DNA of 62,734 nucleotides, filler included, from Chiloscyllium plagiosum (lineage: Eukaryota), in NCBI RefSeq assembly GCF_004010195.1. It is 3 parts of one record of this genome, joined end to end, with 100 filler letters (N's around TTAATTAATTAA, not from the genome) between each part and the next. Parts side by side here need not be neighbours in the genome. Positions count along the whole stretch, not along the records: positions 39,815 to 62,734 come from NC_057714.1; 2 more parts are not named here. One strand, written 5' to 3'. Positions 62,515-62,734 of this stretch are shown here, one piece after another. The notes below the pieces were generated by a model. The model was not told where the DNA came from, ran no database searches, and saw nothing but the letters and a program-made list of their open reading frames with translations. Position numbers and translations under genes: made by a program. Each line of letters begins with the position of its first letter. Positions within the stretch are counted from its first letter, which is position 1.

Positions 62515-62734
62515 GGCTGAAAACGTGTTGCTGGAACAGCGCAGCAGGTCAGGCACCATCCAAGGAGCAGGAGAATCGACGTTTCGGGCATGAGCTCTTC
62601 TTCAGGAATGAGGAAAATGTGCCAAGCAGGCTAAGATAAAAGGTATAGAGGAGGGACTTGGGGGAGGGGCATTGGAAATGCGATAGGTGGAAGGAGGTTA
62701 AGGTGAGGGTGATAGGCCGGAGTGTGGGTGGGGG
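62515..62734 (-). mobile_element. Penelope-like 3' end with hammerhead motif (runs off the window)
   Basis: Reverse strand ATTC-CTGAAGA-AGAGC-TCAT-GCCC-GAAACGTC-GATT (~62574-62609). Confidence 0.8.

Overview
Eukaryotic, repeat-dense genomic DNA, very likely from a shark (inferred from the many HE1-type V-SINEs and CR1/HER1-like LINEs). The only host gene I can recognise is OXSM (mitochondrial 3-oxoacyl-ACP synthase, + strand). Its two coding exons, 44580-45562 and 59723-60125, join by a canonical phase-2 GT-AG intron of 14,160 bp to give a 461-aa protein with an intact Cys-His-His triad. Most of the rest is decayed or nested mobile DNA: CR1 LINEs, HE1-like SINEs, a Ty3/Gypsy element with both LTRs, PIF/Harbinger remnants, Tx1/L1 fragments, a TA-flanked MITE and Penelope-like elements (PLEs). 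The strongest signal is about 15 PLE-derived minimal hammerhead-ribozyme motifs (CUGANGA-stem II-GAAA-NN-UH) with covarying stem II. Many lie in 100-250 bp foldback mini-insertions with 9-18 bp target-site duplications (TSDs), and one intact copy is sense-oriented inside the OXSM intron. Other leads are an unexplained coding-like segment at about 8340-9980 (- strand; possible endogenous viral relic, speculative) and a 63-bp VNTR carried in an element with a LINE-like tail. Two 100-bp N gaps with a TTAATTAATTAA spacer are assembly artefacts. Repeat boundaries and family names were assigned by eye and are approximate.
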